Source of the DNA: Owenia fusiformis
Taxonomy: Eukaryota
Direction of reading: 5' to 3'
Length of the DNA stretch: 64,000 nt
Assembly: GCA_903813345.2 (NCBI GenBank)
Contig: CAIIXF020000001.1
Span: forward strand, 40,424,001 to 40,488,000
Shown here: in pieces, positions 1 to 13,800 of the stretch
Layout: every line of letters begins with the position of its first letter
How positions within the stretch are numbered: the stretch's first letter is position 1
The notes under the pieces: generated by a model
Databases searched by the model: none
Seen by the model: the letters and a program-made list of their open reading frames with translations, nothing else
What the model was told of the DNA's origin: nothing
Position numbers and translations under genes: made by a program

Positions 1-455
1 CGTATAATTCTTTACTAATGAGCCAAAGTGGAAAGTTCTTCTACAATCATCATAACTCTGTCACGGACAATGAAACTCAATAATTACCTCTCTAAAGAAG
101 TATTTCACTTTGACAATTATAACAAGGTAATTTTTTAAATATTTGAACTGCGATCGCTACGTTATTTATGACACTATTAACTCCTGATTTCTGGAGAATA
201 AATATGATGCGGCATGTAATTTAAAAACACCTTGTTTAAATCAACACTCTTGAAACTTCCTTCCTTTTAAAGACGTTTTACATTTTTATATATCAGTCCA
301 GGAATGGCTGGGCATACAATCATTAGTTTTTTAAATATTCTTTCCACAGATGTTTGGTGTGACTAAAATAATATTTTACTACAGCTAAAATATTTTTCTA
401 ATTTTGTCTAATTGGGAAAATAATTTGGTAAACAAAAATATAATATTTGACGTAC

Positions 456-522
456 CTGTTATAAGTGTATGCTGTGGAATATTGACTGGTTGTATAGGGA
501 TCTCCGTTCTTTATTTGGTCTC
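456..522 (-). CDS. eya: Eyes absent-like gene, internal coding exon (67 nt, phase 1 to 2): (R)DQIKNGDPYTTSQYSTAYTYN(S/R)
   Basis: Acceptor ttttgttttgttttttag and donor CAG|gtacgt. Only one frame is open and it matches the phase of the upstream exon. As I recall, vertebrate EYA4 has a 67-nt phase 1-2 exon containing QYS just before the (K/R)PYPHIL exon. Confidence 0.8.
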
Positions 523-3500
523 CTAAAAAACAAAACAAAATGTTTGTAATTTTTCCTGCTCAATGTTCCATACTGTTGATTTAACTATTTTGACTTAAGT
601 ATTTCAATGTATGTCACTTCACTGAGTTGTTCTCAGACATATTCCGTTTGTTTAACTCTAAGCAAATGTTAGTTTTGAAATGTAGGCAAAAAGTGAGAAT
701 TATTTTGGGTAGTGTGTTAAAAGTAGTGAATATGACAAATAACCGAATGATTTATTCTGACAGGACCTATGTTGTAGAAACCTCCTTGTGTCTATTAGAG
801 TTGAGAATTAACTCCTAGCCATGCACAACTCCACAAACTCCACTAAACCATTAGTTAGCACATTCATTACTGTCTTCGCTATTCCTTTGAAAAACCAAAA
901 TTGCTGCCAAGGTTCATACCTTGAAATTACAAGTAATATTTCATTATCTTCTAATTTCCATGGGTTAATAATGAACTGACATTAAAATTGATCATTATTA
1001 GGTTTTCTGCAAAACAGGCAAACTTAATGGTCAGGAGACAATATACACGGTGACTTTTTTGCTCACACTAAACTAAGCATATTTATAGGAACAGATGCAT
1101 GTATTTGTAAAAAATGTATTTTACAAACCATATTTTAAAATTTCTTGAAAGTTGCCATTGTATTCAGTAAATTGATTGGTAGTCAAACAAAACGAAATAT
1201 GTTCTCTGTTTTTTTCTTATTTCGATTAAAATTAATTTATCTATTTTAAAGCTAGTATGAATAAAATTGAATGAATCTGAAATCAAGTATATCTGTGTAG
1301 CTATAAAATATTGATATAAAATGTCAGTTAATACAATGAATATTCATGAGATCTAAAAAAACTTAAACAATCAGAATCAGAAGAAAATATCAAAAATATT
1401 CTTAAGTTTGTTAAAACAACAGAGTTGATTTGCATGAGTTTAAAGTTTCCGGAGATGATGAATTTGGCTAAATGTAACCTAATGAACTTTTACATTAGGT
1501 CATGCCTTGTACATATTTAAAGCTACAAACTGTATATTCTACATGGGGTAGGTCAAAGATGACAGAGTTAAGTTTGTTGAGTGACGTTACTTCACAGAGA
1601 GCCACATGCGAGGTGTTGGCATTTACACCCTGCGTCAACATTCACCATTAAATGCATCATTCAGACCTCCAAAAATACCCCCTGCCATTTTCAATTATAC
1701 AAAATACACAGAAACAGTTACGTTATAATTCTTCTCAGCTTTCTAGCACTTCGAAATAATGGCCAAATCCCCCAAAAATATTTCGAGTTGAAAATCTGAG
1801 TTAAATCCGACGGAGATGGGAACTATCTGTCTAAATATTTTCACAAAAAATGAGTTACCATTTCTCAGAGTAAAAAACAAGATAATTATGGAAAATTAAA
1901 TTTCAAACGGAACTGACAACCTAATGATTTTTGCTGCTTTTGACACAACTAATTAAGACAAATTGAACTGAGGCATTTGGCCAATTACTATGACCACCAA
2001 AGCTTACTTGAAATCCACTAGGCACTTGCCAGTTTGAATTCTTGCCTTCCAGGGCTAAAACTGATCACTTTCGATACCAATACAGACTAAGGGGTTAAAT
2101 TGTTAAACATGTGCCAGAAAACATGGATAATTAATAATATTCATTTTCCTAACGGCTTTAAAATGCAGAAGGACCCGGAACATGGATAATTAAAAATAAA
2201 CTGCTTCTACCCAGGGATTTAATCAAGAAAGTGAATTATGTAAACTGGGAAAATTCCTGAATTTCATTGTGGGAAGATGAGATAAGTTAGTACACTAGTA
2301 TGTTACTGACTATATAACACAGTATAAAGGTCACCTTATGTAGGAAGTAAACTTGGAGTACACCCAGCCCTGGATGACTTGTCTCAAGTTTATAAGAAAT
2401 ATCACAAAGTAGGGTGAATGTACCATTCCTGATTTACATAGCAAATAAATTCTATTATTTTCCAATGATGACATCTGATGCATAAATATTGCTTTCCCAT
2501 CATCGGAAATCTGTCAAAGTTGAGGTTTTGTCTGTTTTATTGTATATATGTTAATGTCAATCATATGACCATGTGCTTGTAAACAATTCGCTCTTATACT
2601 GCACCAAACTGCCAATTCTAGCTACTAAATCTACGAAAACAAAGCACTGCGTTTACAGCCAACTTGAACATCATGCAAAACTTGCATCCAAACACTCTTT
2701 GTAAATAATTCAGATGATAACTACTGTATACCAAAAATATATGGTGAAAACATTTGGTCTTTTTCATTTGTGATCTCTATGTGCACCACATCTTTAATAA
2801 GAATAACATTCGTTTCTACTAAATTCATGCATTAAAACCGAGACTTTTTATACAAATATGCAATGCCTTATCTAATCTGTCAAAACTTGGCCTGGACTAA
2901 TTACCTAAGATACAAATTAGGCCTGAGCCAATTGCCAGATATGTGAAAAATAGCCCTATGACTAAAGCCATTTTCATGTTTTATAATATGAAGCATTTCC
3001 ATTCCTTGTAATCCATCATGAAAATAAAAAAGTGTAAAAACGCAACTAAAAATCAACACTAGAGAAATGCAACCCTCCATGCAACTTGCTAAATCCTGAA
3101 TTACCTTCAGAACTTTCAGTCTCCTCGCTGGGTTCGTGTTTAACAACTGCAAAAATTAGCAGAAAATATATTTTTCAAAAATTCCCCTTGACAACTGTCT
3201 ATGATGTTATTTTCCCATGAAAAACATAATTAAGGATATGAGTATTCATAAATTGTTAAATGGTTTTACAGTTTAAAACATAAAATTGAAATCAAAATTA
3301 AAATATAGAACAAAATCAATCTATTAGAGTAGATTTTCCGATTATTCTTATTTTTAGAGACCAGTTAATTCACCTTTACAACCTCTAGGAAAATGCCTTG
3401 GGGGATGGGGCGTTTAAAGGAAACTTTTATATTTATCCTAACAAGACTGGTTTAACTTTTCTATTAGCTTATGCTATAACAATGGCTTGAACATTTAGTT

Positions 3501-4894
3501 TTCTCAATAAAGTTCAGCTCTTAATAATTGTTTCTCAGAAATGAAGCATCACTCCAGGCAATCCAGACTCCCAATGGCAACTAACATAATATTTGAATTT
3601 TATTTTATCAATTGCTCACAAATAACTTTTTAAAAACTGCACATCTTTTATATCCTGGGAAAATAAAGGATGTTTAAGAGGTTAGGATAGTCATTGTAAT
3701 ATGTTTAGCTTTTCAATGAAATATTATAAAAGCTTATCGATGACATCATAGAGAGAGTACTACATTGTGTATAATACACAAGAGACCAATAACTTCAAAA
3801 TATTATTTATTTGGACATGCTAGCTGAAGTACTAAAAAGAAGTTGAATATATTTTGATAAATCTAACAACAGAATGATACTCCCTTTAACATGGGCTCTG
3901 TACACCCATTTTTCTTTAGCACCCCCTACAATCTTTAATCCATACATTTTCTCAAATATACTACTGTATAATGAAGAAGATACAGTGAACAAGATAAACC
4001 CAGTATATTCTTAAATTCAAATAAATCCAAATTAGGTATCGATGAATTCTACTATAAATGTCACTATGTACCACAGAAAATATTTCAGATTTTAGAATAC
4101 TGTTTATCAAAATAACAAGTTAAAGTAAGAAAGGCATTAAAAACATTGTTTATCATTTCAAAAAATACAAGTATAAGGTGATCAGTGTTAAACAATATGG
4201 GACCTGTTTGCAAATGACATCAGCATGTATAAAAGGATTATCTGGTCTGCCCTGCCTACCTCAGACATATATATAAATAGGTTACTAAAAAGGCCAAGGC
4301 CTTGTAATAAAGGAGGGAAGCATAACTTATTGAGAACAAAGATATTCACTTAAGAGAACACTGGAATATGGATCTCTTGTTGCTATATATGGCATCAATG
4401 TACTATTATAACTTACTCATATTGACTGACAACATGGTGTCTAGCTATTACCTAGACTAATGCCAAAAGTATCAGACCACCTCAGTTTTAAGCAAAACAT
4501 TCACATTGTCATCATGTTTGACTATGGTCTTTGAATATAATTTCAATCTAATTTGATGATGTTATGATATGGCATTCTAAAGAGGCAATGAAATATATAT
4601 CAACAAATATTTTGTTTTTAAACAAAATTAAAACAATTACACAAATTAGGGAACTTGTTTGTCTGTATACTGCCCATCAAGTCTATCCTCTGAAAACACA
4701 CTGGGGTAAAATCTCAACAAATGATCATACCCATCAATTTCCATAAATAGAGGGACACATAACTTAAGAGTATCTAAATTCACCTTTTAACTCAAAAGTA
4801 TGGGTAATAACATTTTAGGCACTGGGGGTGCATTATGGGTAAAAGTAGACATGTTGCATGCTGGGTAATAATTGATTATAAAGGAGGTACTTAC

Positions 4895-5002
4895 TGCAGG
4901 AAATTGTAGTCTCATTGACAGCTGATACATTTGACATTACCCATGTATCTGAGTTTGTAAATCCTGCAAGGACCCCTGCTCCTGTTAGACCACTCACACC
5001 AC
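4895..5002 (-). CDS. eya: Eyes absent-like gene, internal coding exon (108 nt, phase 1 to 1): (G)GVSGLTGAGVLAGFTNSDTWVMSNVSAVNETTISC
   Basis: Acceptor catttttcag and donor GCA|gtaagt. Lies in ORF 4833..5066. FTNSDTWVMS resembles the recalled EYA4 segment VLNTADWLLS. Confidence 0.8.
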
Positions 5003-6351
5003 CTGAAAAATGTAACATAGTGTGTAACATAGTGTGTAACACACTGCAACACGCTTCATAGAACACAGCACTATGTTTCAGAGATCATTGCACCTTGTTT
5101 TAAAGAATACTGCACCGTGTTTCTTAGAATGTTGCACCATATTTCATAGAACAGTGCACCATGTTCCATAGATTATAATACCCTTTTTCATATAAAAACA
5201 TTTTGTAATATAAAAACAAGGGGCATTTAAATTCATATTAGTCACCTTCGACATTTTGTGACTACTATAATTCTCATTCCTCTTTTTATTAAATATGCAT
5301 TCCCACCTTGTTAACATCCATATGAACTTTGAAATGAAAATAATCACTGAAAACACTACCTATCAGCAGTGTCTTCAAAGTCATACTAATCCAACAACAT
5401 TATGTGTCAGTAATCCATCATATTCATGTGTCATAGTTCTTAATTCCTAAAGTATCTCAGTAGTTCACGTGTCAAAGGTGTATCTACATATACGTATATA
5501 TATGCCAATTTTATGTTCCTGATATATCTACTTGATTATTGTAGCTATATTGTCTACAAAATCGCTTCAACATTCACTATGTATTCCTTCATTGCTGAAC
5601 TGTCGATAGACTAATTTAATAGCGCTTTAGCCAATACTGTTCAATAGAGGTATTTGTACAAGCCGATCTACTAAAGAATTTTTTGTTTTTCTGTGGCGCC
5701 AGGCTTCTTGTAAAGGCTTTCTCAGTCAGCTAAGTTAAACTCAAGGAGAATATATCTATTTATTTTAATAGTTTCTGCTATTGGGAGCATATGTTGAAGA
5801 CTAAAGATAATGTATACATTATATTGTTATAATTTCAAACAATGAATCTATGCTTTTATTCTAAAAGGGAGCATTTGAAAAGTAGAAGACAAGAATTTTC
5901 TATGCAAGGCTTTCTGGAGTTCAAAGAGACCGCAAAACAGAAATCAATATAGAAAACATATTGTAAAGTAGTTAAAATTCACTGTATATACATCTTACAC
6001 TTAATGAAGAGTTTTCCTCCCCCATTGTCAAAAATAAACAAACATCCTGAAAACATATTCCTTTCCGCCATTCCTTTTATATAATAATTCAAATTTTATC
6101 AACGTTTTTTTAGCCTTTGACTTCTTCACAATCGCTTGAAGGTATTACACTTGGGTATTTCAGTAAGTTAAGTTACATTTAGAATACAAATTGTGATTTT
6201 AACAAAACTAATCAATAAGATGTATGTTTATTCTTTGGCACCTTTCTTGTCTGAAAATTGAAAATTTATTTATAAAAGAGAAATCTATAATTTTTACCTG
6301 ATTTCTATATGAAAACTTGGTTAATGATATTAACATTCAAATAAAACACAA

Positions 6352-6672
6352 TATAATCCTTGAAGAGTCTCCCAACTTAACCTACATGTTAATAACCCCT
6401 GAAGAGTCTCCCAACTTAACCTACATGTTTATAACCCCTTAAGAGTCTCCCAACTTAACCTACATGTTAATAACCTCTTATGAGTCTCCAAACTTAACCT
6501 ACATGTTAATAACCCCTTAAGAGTCTCCCAACTTAACCTACATGTTAATAACCCCTGAAGAGTCTCCCAACTTAACCTACATGTTAATAACCCCTGAAGT
6601 GTCTCCCAACTTAACCTACATGTTAATAACCCCTGAAGAGTCTCCCAACTTAACCTACATGTTAATAACCCT
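6352..6672. repeat. 39-bp minisatellite, about 8 copies (ccctgaagagtctcccaacttaacctacatgttaataac)
   Basis: Head-to-tail near-identical units with no spacers. Confidence 0.95.
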
Positions 6673-8685
6673 AGTGGTTGTAGGTCATGTAATAAGCATG
6701 TTCAATAATGTCTTGGCTTAGGCCCTGTCAATCATTGAATATTATGTTGTCTCCATAAAGACACAATAAAAACTAATAAAAGCTTAATATCGACACATAG
6801 TTTTAGGTCCAACTCACATATAATGTCAGTACAAAAAAAATGAAAAAGTAATAATTATAAAAATATGAAAATTAGCTTATTTTTAAATTTCATCCAAGAT
6901 CCCATTTCTGAATATAAAGAAAATGAAAACAAGAGAGAGTGAGAATATATAAGATAAAAAGTCTAATGAATTTTGTGAATTGTGTTTTCAAAACTGGCCG
7001 AGACATATCGCAAGAAAAGACATAACAACACATATTTTACACCCTGGTTATATGTATGTACTGTTAAGCCCACAAATTGCCACAAAGAAATGTGACACTA
7101 TTTCACTGTGAAACATCACTGTAAAAGAACCATAATTACTCTGTCATATAATATCCTGCTGTGCCCAGAAGAAAATTAAAAGGTTGTTATTTTGAGTTTG
7201 ATTAATAAAAATTAATTAAGAGTACCTTAGAATCACCTGAACCAGCTTCTTTGTAGCCAAGGAAACCAGAAGCAAGGAATAAACAGTGGTTGAACGATAC
7301 AGTTAATAATTAATGGTACATACTGAATCTTTAAATCCTGTTTTTCTAATTGAGAGACCATGCAACTCAGGGGGAAGTCTCTCCACAAAGGAGGGGGGGT
7401 ACATATCTAATAAGGCACCTTTTTCTGATGTGGTTGTGAATGGTTGCACATGAAACAGTAATGTTGAGACAATGTGTAGCATGATGAAGACCAGTCTTTG
7501 ATAAATATTCTAAATATCCAAAATTCAATCTCAGATCACACACCATTTATATTCCAAAATCAAGAGCTCAATACAAATTAAATCAAAAGAAGAATTAGAA
7601 AGTCTTTCTGATGTCTAACGCTTAATTATACATCTACACAAGCTCTGCAAAGTTAATCGCCCCTCTTGTGAAAAAATTGATAGGAAGCTCTGAGGAAATC
7701 CCCTGCATAATAGGGCACAACCTTTTAGCGGTATTGATCTTAATAGACTGTGGCCCAAACTCCTTAGATGTTGATTCTGATCATTTAAGACCTTAACTAA
7801 ACACAAAACATTAACTTAAAATTCTGGTTTTTCAATGAGTTATAGAGAAATAATCTGAGAGAAAATCAAGAAGGGATAGATAATAGAAATTGGTCGACAA
7901 ATTGAATGAAAAGATGTTTCATTAGTTTCTAAGGGGTCTTTGTATGTCTACTGTCTCTCCTCCAAGGGATAAGTAGATGTAGTTGGAGCCGCTCCTGGTC
8001 ATTTTACATGCGACATTTATCGCACTTTACATACCATATTGATTGGGTTTTCTCAGATAAAGTTACAAAAAATCTGAAGAAAAATAATACACAAGCCTGG
8101 GGTTCACTTCAGTTGAGCGATTATAATTGAGAAGAATAATCGCTTGCTCACTCTAATAATCCATTTTAGTAAACATTTGGTCAGTTCTCAAAATCTATGT
8201 CAAACCTGCATCATTTATATACCAATAAAATGGAAAAGCATTAGCGATTTGCTCTGGAATATTTACAACAGGCCAATGTATGTTTACTAGATCAACACTT
8301 CTCATCGTTTTTTATCTTTGTTTAACGGCTTACTACACAAAGATCTTACGTTGAACTAATTAGCTTTAACAAAGTTCTATAATTTCCAATGATTTTCATA
8401 AAGATCGATTCAGGAATTTTGATAGGAACCCACAAAGGAACAGTTGTCATGACAATAACATGACTGCTATAAAACAAAAAAATACTTCGTATAATTTGGG
8501 TAAATACTTTGCATTCTCTCACACATGTTGAAAATCCAGCAAAATATTAGCTTTAAGCAGCACAAACCTACCCGAGATCCATCTAATATGAAATAATGGT
8601 TATAAGATAGAAGTGTTGCATTTGGCATCTATGAGAAAATTCCTGGACACCCTTAGTTGCGACAAGTTCATTAATACATGTATAG

Positions 8686-9337
8686 GGTGAACTTACCATC
8701 AACAGTTGCAAAAGCTCGTGTTTAGTTGACCATTAGCAGTTTTGTTTGCTCTTATAGGGAATGGTATACTATCAGAGGGCAAGGTAAATATAACATCAAC
8801 AATTTGGTTTGCTAAATAGGGCATGCTACACTGTTTAAAAAGACATGGTGAACTTACCATCAACAGTCTGGTTTGCTGTAATAGGGCATGTTATAGTATA
8901 AGAGAGCATGTTAATCTTACCATCAACAGTTTGGCTAGCTGCAAGAAGGCATGTTTTAGGATAAGAGGGCATGTTTAACTTACCATCAACAGTTTGGCTA
9001 GCTGCAAGAGGGCATGTTTTAGGATAAGAGGGCATGTTTAACTTACCATCAACAGTTTAACTAGCTGTAAGAGGGCATGTTATAGGATAAGAGGGCATGT
9101 TCAACTTATCATTAACAGTTTGGCTAGCTGTAAGAGGGCATGTTATAGGCCTAGGATAAGAGGGCATGTTCAACTTACCATCAACAGTTTGGCTAACTGT
9201 AAGAAGGCATGTTATAGGATAAGAGGGCATCTTAAACATACCATCAACAGTTTGGCTAGCTGTAAGAGGGTGTGTTATAGGATAAAAGGGCATGTTAAAC
9301 TTACCATCAACAGTTTGGCTAGCTGTAAGAGGGCATG
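8686..9337. repeat. 63-bp minisatellite derived from the eya exon end plus its splice donor; about 8 good copies plus degenerate ones
   Basis: Period of 63 (gcaag at 8941 and 9004). The unit contains acttaccatcaacagtttggctagctg. Confidence 0.95.
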
Positions 9338-9420
9338 GTTCAAGAGTTGTAGTGGTATGTGGTGAACTACTGTTACTGCTGATCTCACTTCCAGGACTGG
9401 ATATAGGCTGACTGTCACCT
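9305..9420 (-). CDS. eya: Eyes absent-like gene, internal coding exon (116 nt, phase 2 to 1): (R)GDSQPISSPGSEISSNSSSPHTTTTLEPCPLTASQTVD
   Basis: Acceptor tgtatgttgcag and donor ATG|gtaagt. Ser/Pro/Thr-rich, with SPHT as in the recalled EYA4 sequence. Phases fit both neighbouring exons. Confidence 0.8.
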
Positions 9421-9423
9421 CTG

Positions 9424-9657
9424 CAACATACAATATCAGACATCAACATACAATAAGCATCAATGTACAATATCAGACATCAACATACAATAAGCATCAA
9501 TGTACAATATCAGACATCAACATATAATATTAGACATCAACATAAAATATTAGACATCAAAATACAACATCAGACATCAACATACAATAAGCATCAAAAT
9601 ACAGACATCAACATACAATATCAGACACCAACATACAATAAGCATCAACATGCAACA
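9424..9657. repeat. 17-20-bp tandem repeat (caacatacaatatcagacat / caacatacaataagcat) abutting the splice acceptor
   Basis: Visible by inspection. Produces the repetitive ORF 9463..9729. Confidence 0.9.
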
Positions 9658-10734
9658 TTTTGCATATACCCATCTGATTCAATATCAGGAATATTTCTTT
9701 TCTTTTTCGAAGTCAAAGTTGCTTTATAAAAGTGCTTCCTTGAATTTTACATTATATTGTTAAAAAAAACATATGAATTACTGCTTATCAAGCATAACTT
9801 TGTTGTCATTAACTTTCAGTGTCATGTCAGTTTAGCTATCTGAGGTTCTCTTATCAAAAGTGGTCATTTATAGTTCAATTCAGCATGTCAAAGAACAGCT
9901 CTGTTCACCAAATGTGGTATGTAACCACAAAAACTTATAGTGGTCACAAACTTTCAACAAACTACTGATAATCTATATTTTTGTTAATTTCAGAAACCCC
10001 TCCTTCCTTTCCCAAACTGTCAAACCATCTCCAAGCAACAATTTTAGAAACCCTTCCAACTTTGACTCAAATATATCCATTTTGTGAATTTTTGAAATTT
10101 TACTGGTTAAACTGAGAGTAAATATGCTGCAAAAAGCACAGTATCAGTATTTTTGTAGCAAAATTTGTAATAACCTAGTTTTGGTATGTTAATGATAAGT
10201 TATTTGTAAAGAATTCTATGAGAAACCAGCGGGTAAGGGTATAAACCACATATGGGGACATTTTGGGGGAAACAGAGTTTAACTGAATCCTGGTCTGAGC
10301 TACTCCTTATAACAAGGTTAGTTTTTATAAAGGTTCAGTCAGTTCATTGAGTCCTATCAGATAATGATCAATACCTACTACATAAAGACTAGAACTTAGA
10401 ATCCTTGCCTCAAATACTGTCACATCAAATAAACATTATACTTATTTTTTTTAATTTTTGTTAAAACATGACATTTTTAAGCTTTCTTTTCAGAATCACG
10501 TTGTACGCAGGCAACTCTTTTGTACTTCTTGAAAAGTTTACATCCATAGGGTGCGAACAATTTTTGTCTTGATAATGAGCTAAATTATAACATATACGAC
10601 TTAGACTCCTCTATCAACTAAAAAGCTTTTGTGCTTCTTCATATCTTTACAGACAAAGATGTGAAGGGTTTTACCATCCTTTCTTTCAATAATGGTGTTC
10701 AACACAAAATTGTATGATAATCATTTGACAGTCT

Positions 10735-10886
10735 ATCTCAGTCATTTCATTGAGCCTTTAAATGTTGCATAAATCATGGTCATTTCATATAGCCTTTAAA
10801 TGTTGGAAAACCTTGGTCATTTCATATATAGAGCCTTTAAATAAGTGTAAAAGTTGTATAAATCTCAGTCATTTCAAACAGCCTTT
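10735..10886. repeat. Degenerate ~38-bp tandem repeat, 4 copies (gtcatttcat..agcctttaaatgttg)
   Basis: Recurring gtcatttca and agccttt blocks. Confidence 0.8.
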
Positions 10887-13800
10887 CATAGCAATCATTT
10901 CTAAATGAACCAGGAAATGGCATTTCCAGTTATATTTATGGAATCACTAGTTTTTTCACTACTACATGTTATCTTTTTGCGTTTTTATAATTCAAACATG
11001 CTCCACATAATAGCATACCAAATAAAAAAAAAAGTAAGGATTATTCTTCAGCTATTTTTTAAAATCGATGTATAAGTGTTATAATGGCATACTAATATGC
11101 TATGAATTGAAGATAGAAACAAATATAGATATTTGTAATGGACTTAAGATGTCATACTGATGAAAGCTAAAATCTTTTCATGTTTCACAGGGCCTCTTTG
11201 ATGACCAATTGTAGAAGGAAGCCAGTTCATCATAATCATTATTTAACATCAAGTGAAAATATATTCAGTGTAAATAGAAAAGGTGGAGTCAGTGTTGACA
11301 TACGGTTCACAGTGAATATCATTATCGTTAATTTCAAAGTATGAGATTCAATAGTCGTAATTACACAATTAAATTCCTACTTATAGATTTACTTTAGTGT
11401 ACCCCAAACTATGATACATTACTAACTGAATATATTGCTCTAGACAGATTGAAATGGTTATTTGCTTTAAAATACAGCATGGAAAAGCCTTGAGAAATCT
11501 CTAAATTAATGATAACGATGGTAATCATGTTTAAAAGTAGCATCATCCTTATTTGACTAACATATCAACCTTAATGTAATATAGATTTGGTAAATGACAA
11601 CGGTGCCACATCATTATTAAAACCACAGCATTCTCTTTCCTTATTGAACCTAGAATAGGGACATACAGAAATGAGCATTTTTAATTATAAAGGTAGGAGA
11701 TTATTAATATTTTTCGCGAAAAATCCTCAAGTTATTAGGAAGTTAGATTCCAAAAGCAATGAGAATTTCCAACAAAATTAATCTTTTTCAGAGTAGAAAC
11801 TCCGGGAAACAATAATTGCCCTGCCAATAGTTAATACAAGTACTTTCCAAATTCTAAGCAAAACTAAAATTGCATTTTAGTACATGTATATTCTAAATTC
11901 TCAAGGTTGAAGAACCATCCACAGAAATTAGTCACTAGTATAATTTCTTGATTTGGTAATGTTTTTCTTCTGGAAAAATGCTAGGAATAAAAATATTAAG
12001 ATACTTTAGAGCAAATATCCCCTGAGGCTTTAACTATGCTAGGAACGTTTGTTATGGAGGAACCAAGGAGAAGACGGCAGGTCACTGCAGGGAGTAAACC
12101 ATTTCAGTTATATGTCACTCGGAGTTGTACATCTAAGTCATTGAAATGTTGACATGAAGGTCATACCGCCAAAAGCAAAAAATATATGCCATATATTAAG
12201 AAGAACCTGTGGTTGTAAATAAAGAATCATTAAAAATTCAGGATCTTAGAAAGCAGTAGGTATAATTCAAGGAATTTTCATGTTCGATTTTTCAGGCTCG
12301 ATTTAACTTCTAAAATAAATGAGAATATTTCATGAAAAATCTGTATTAGCATTTCTTTTGAGGAGGAAGATGATGCTTTGGGTTTATCATGTCGCAGAAT
12401 ATTTTTTTATTGCGAAACTTTAATCAGCATACACCTTACTTGCCAACAATGAACAAATTGCAGTTTCTAACATCTCCATAATGCGAGGTCACGACCAGAG
12501 AATAATTTGCATTCTTACGAAAAGCAAAAGTGCAAATAAGTTCATACCATTTTAAATATTTAACAATTGGCTGAGAGGACTGTTCAAATGTCTAGTGTTA
12601 TTGTTTCAATTGCAAAGTAACATATACAGTGAGTATGACACACATAGGCATCAAACAGCATCAATATATTTCCAAAGGTTGTTAACATTTAACTGCAGGT
12701 CCCCGTTAAGTTAATTAGTCCAAAATTGCTAAGCATATTTACAATGTGTACTAGTAAACATGATTCCACTTGTCTAGTAAACAATTAACCAAAGTAACTT
12801 GACTGATTATTTGACTCTAGAATTGAATTCTCGGATTTTAATTGTAAGATGTAATGTGCTACATATTACATTTTGAGTGTGGAAAACACTCCAACAGAGT
12901 TGGATTGTGATACATAGAACAGCAACCTTTAACGTAAGGTAAATATAAATATGATCAATCCCCTTGAATCCATTTCCCAGCTCCTTAGATCATTTAATGA
13001 ATCGAATAAACATTTATTGAAAAATCAATTTTAATATTTATTCCAAAACATTGCTTGTATTGTCTTATTTTATCATATTTCTTCAAAATCTTGTCATACA
13101 GAATATGGCTTTCGAAAATCAGTTATTTCTCTCATCTGGTATAACTGAACTGAAATCTATTATATCCATCCATTTAACATACATTAAATTATTACAAACA
13201 AAATAAATAGAATTTCAAGAAAATTTCCCTTTCTTTTATGTATCAGAAGAGTTCTTACCCAAGAAACATAGGAATGATCATGTGACTTACACCCCCATTA
13301 TTTGCATTGTGGGAAAGTAAAATCAATGAAAAGGATGTGCAGTTCATGGGATATAGATGGATTCCTTGTATCTGGTTGACTTTCAATTTTCTTAGGTCCA
13401 GTTATTAGTAATATCTAAAAAGATACCCTGCTGTTCTGAAGACATTCCAAGAACAAAGTGTGGCAAGCAAATTATAGCCCAATGTCCAGAGAGAAAACTA
13501 AAGCTAATGGTACTTACAGAGCTGAATCATTTGCCATTGAGGTGAATTTAACATGGGACCATTGGCCCATTGTTCAGGGCCCCCTGGTCATACAAAGACA
13601 CTGAGGGGTGTAGAAACATAAATATAACTGAGGTCTGCAGTTTTGTATAGAAGCACCAGCTAAATGGTTACATTGGTGACTTTCACTATAATGAACCTGT
13701 GGCTAGTGATGAAGAGTCAATGGGCCATAAGGACCATGACTAAACACAACAACATGTCTCAGTGTAACAACCTCTTCCTGACCCCTATCAACTGCTACAA

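Noticed and set aside
995..1926. Possible old DNA transposon bounded by attaggtt...aacctaat
   Set aside because: The inverted match is only about 8 bp, with no clear TSD or coding remnant.
6352..6672. 39-bp repeat as a CRISPR array or structured RNA
   Set aside because: Units are head-to-tail with no spacers; this is an ordinary minisatellite.
13518..13600. Possible cassette exon between the VKR and GDSQ exons (cccctcag ... TCT|gtaagt)
   Set aside because: All three frames contain stops and the donor has a weak exonic context. A poison exon cannot be excluded but is unsupported.
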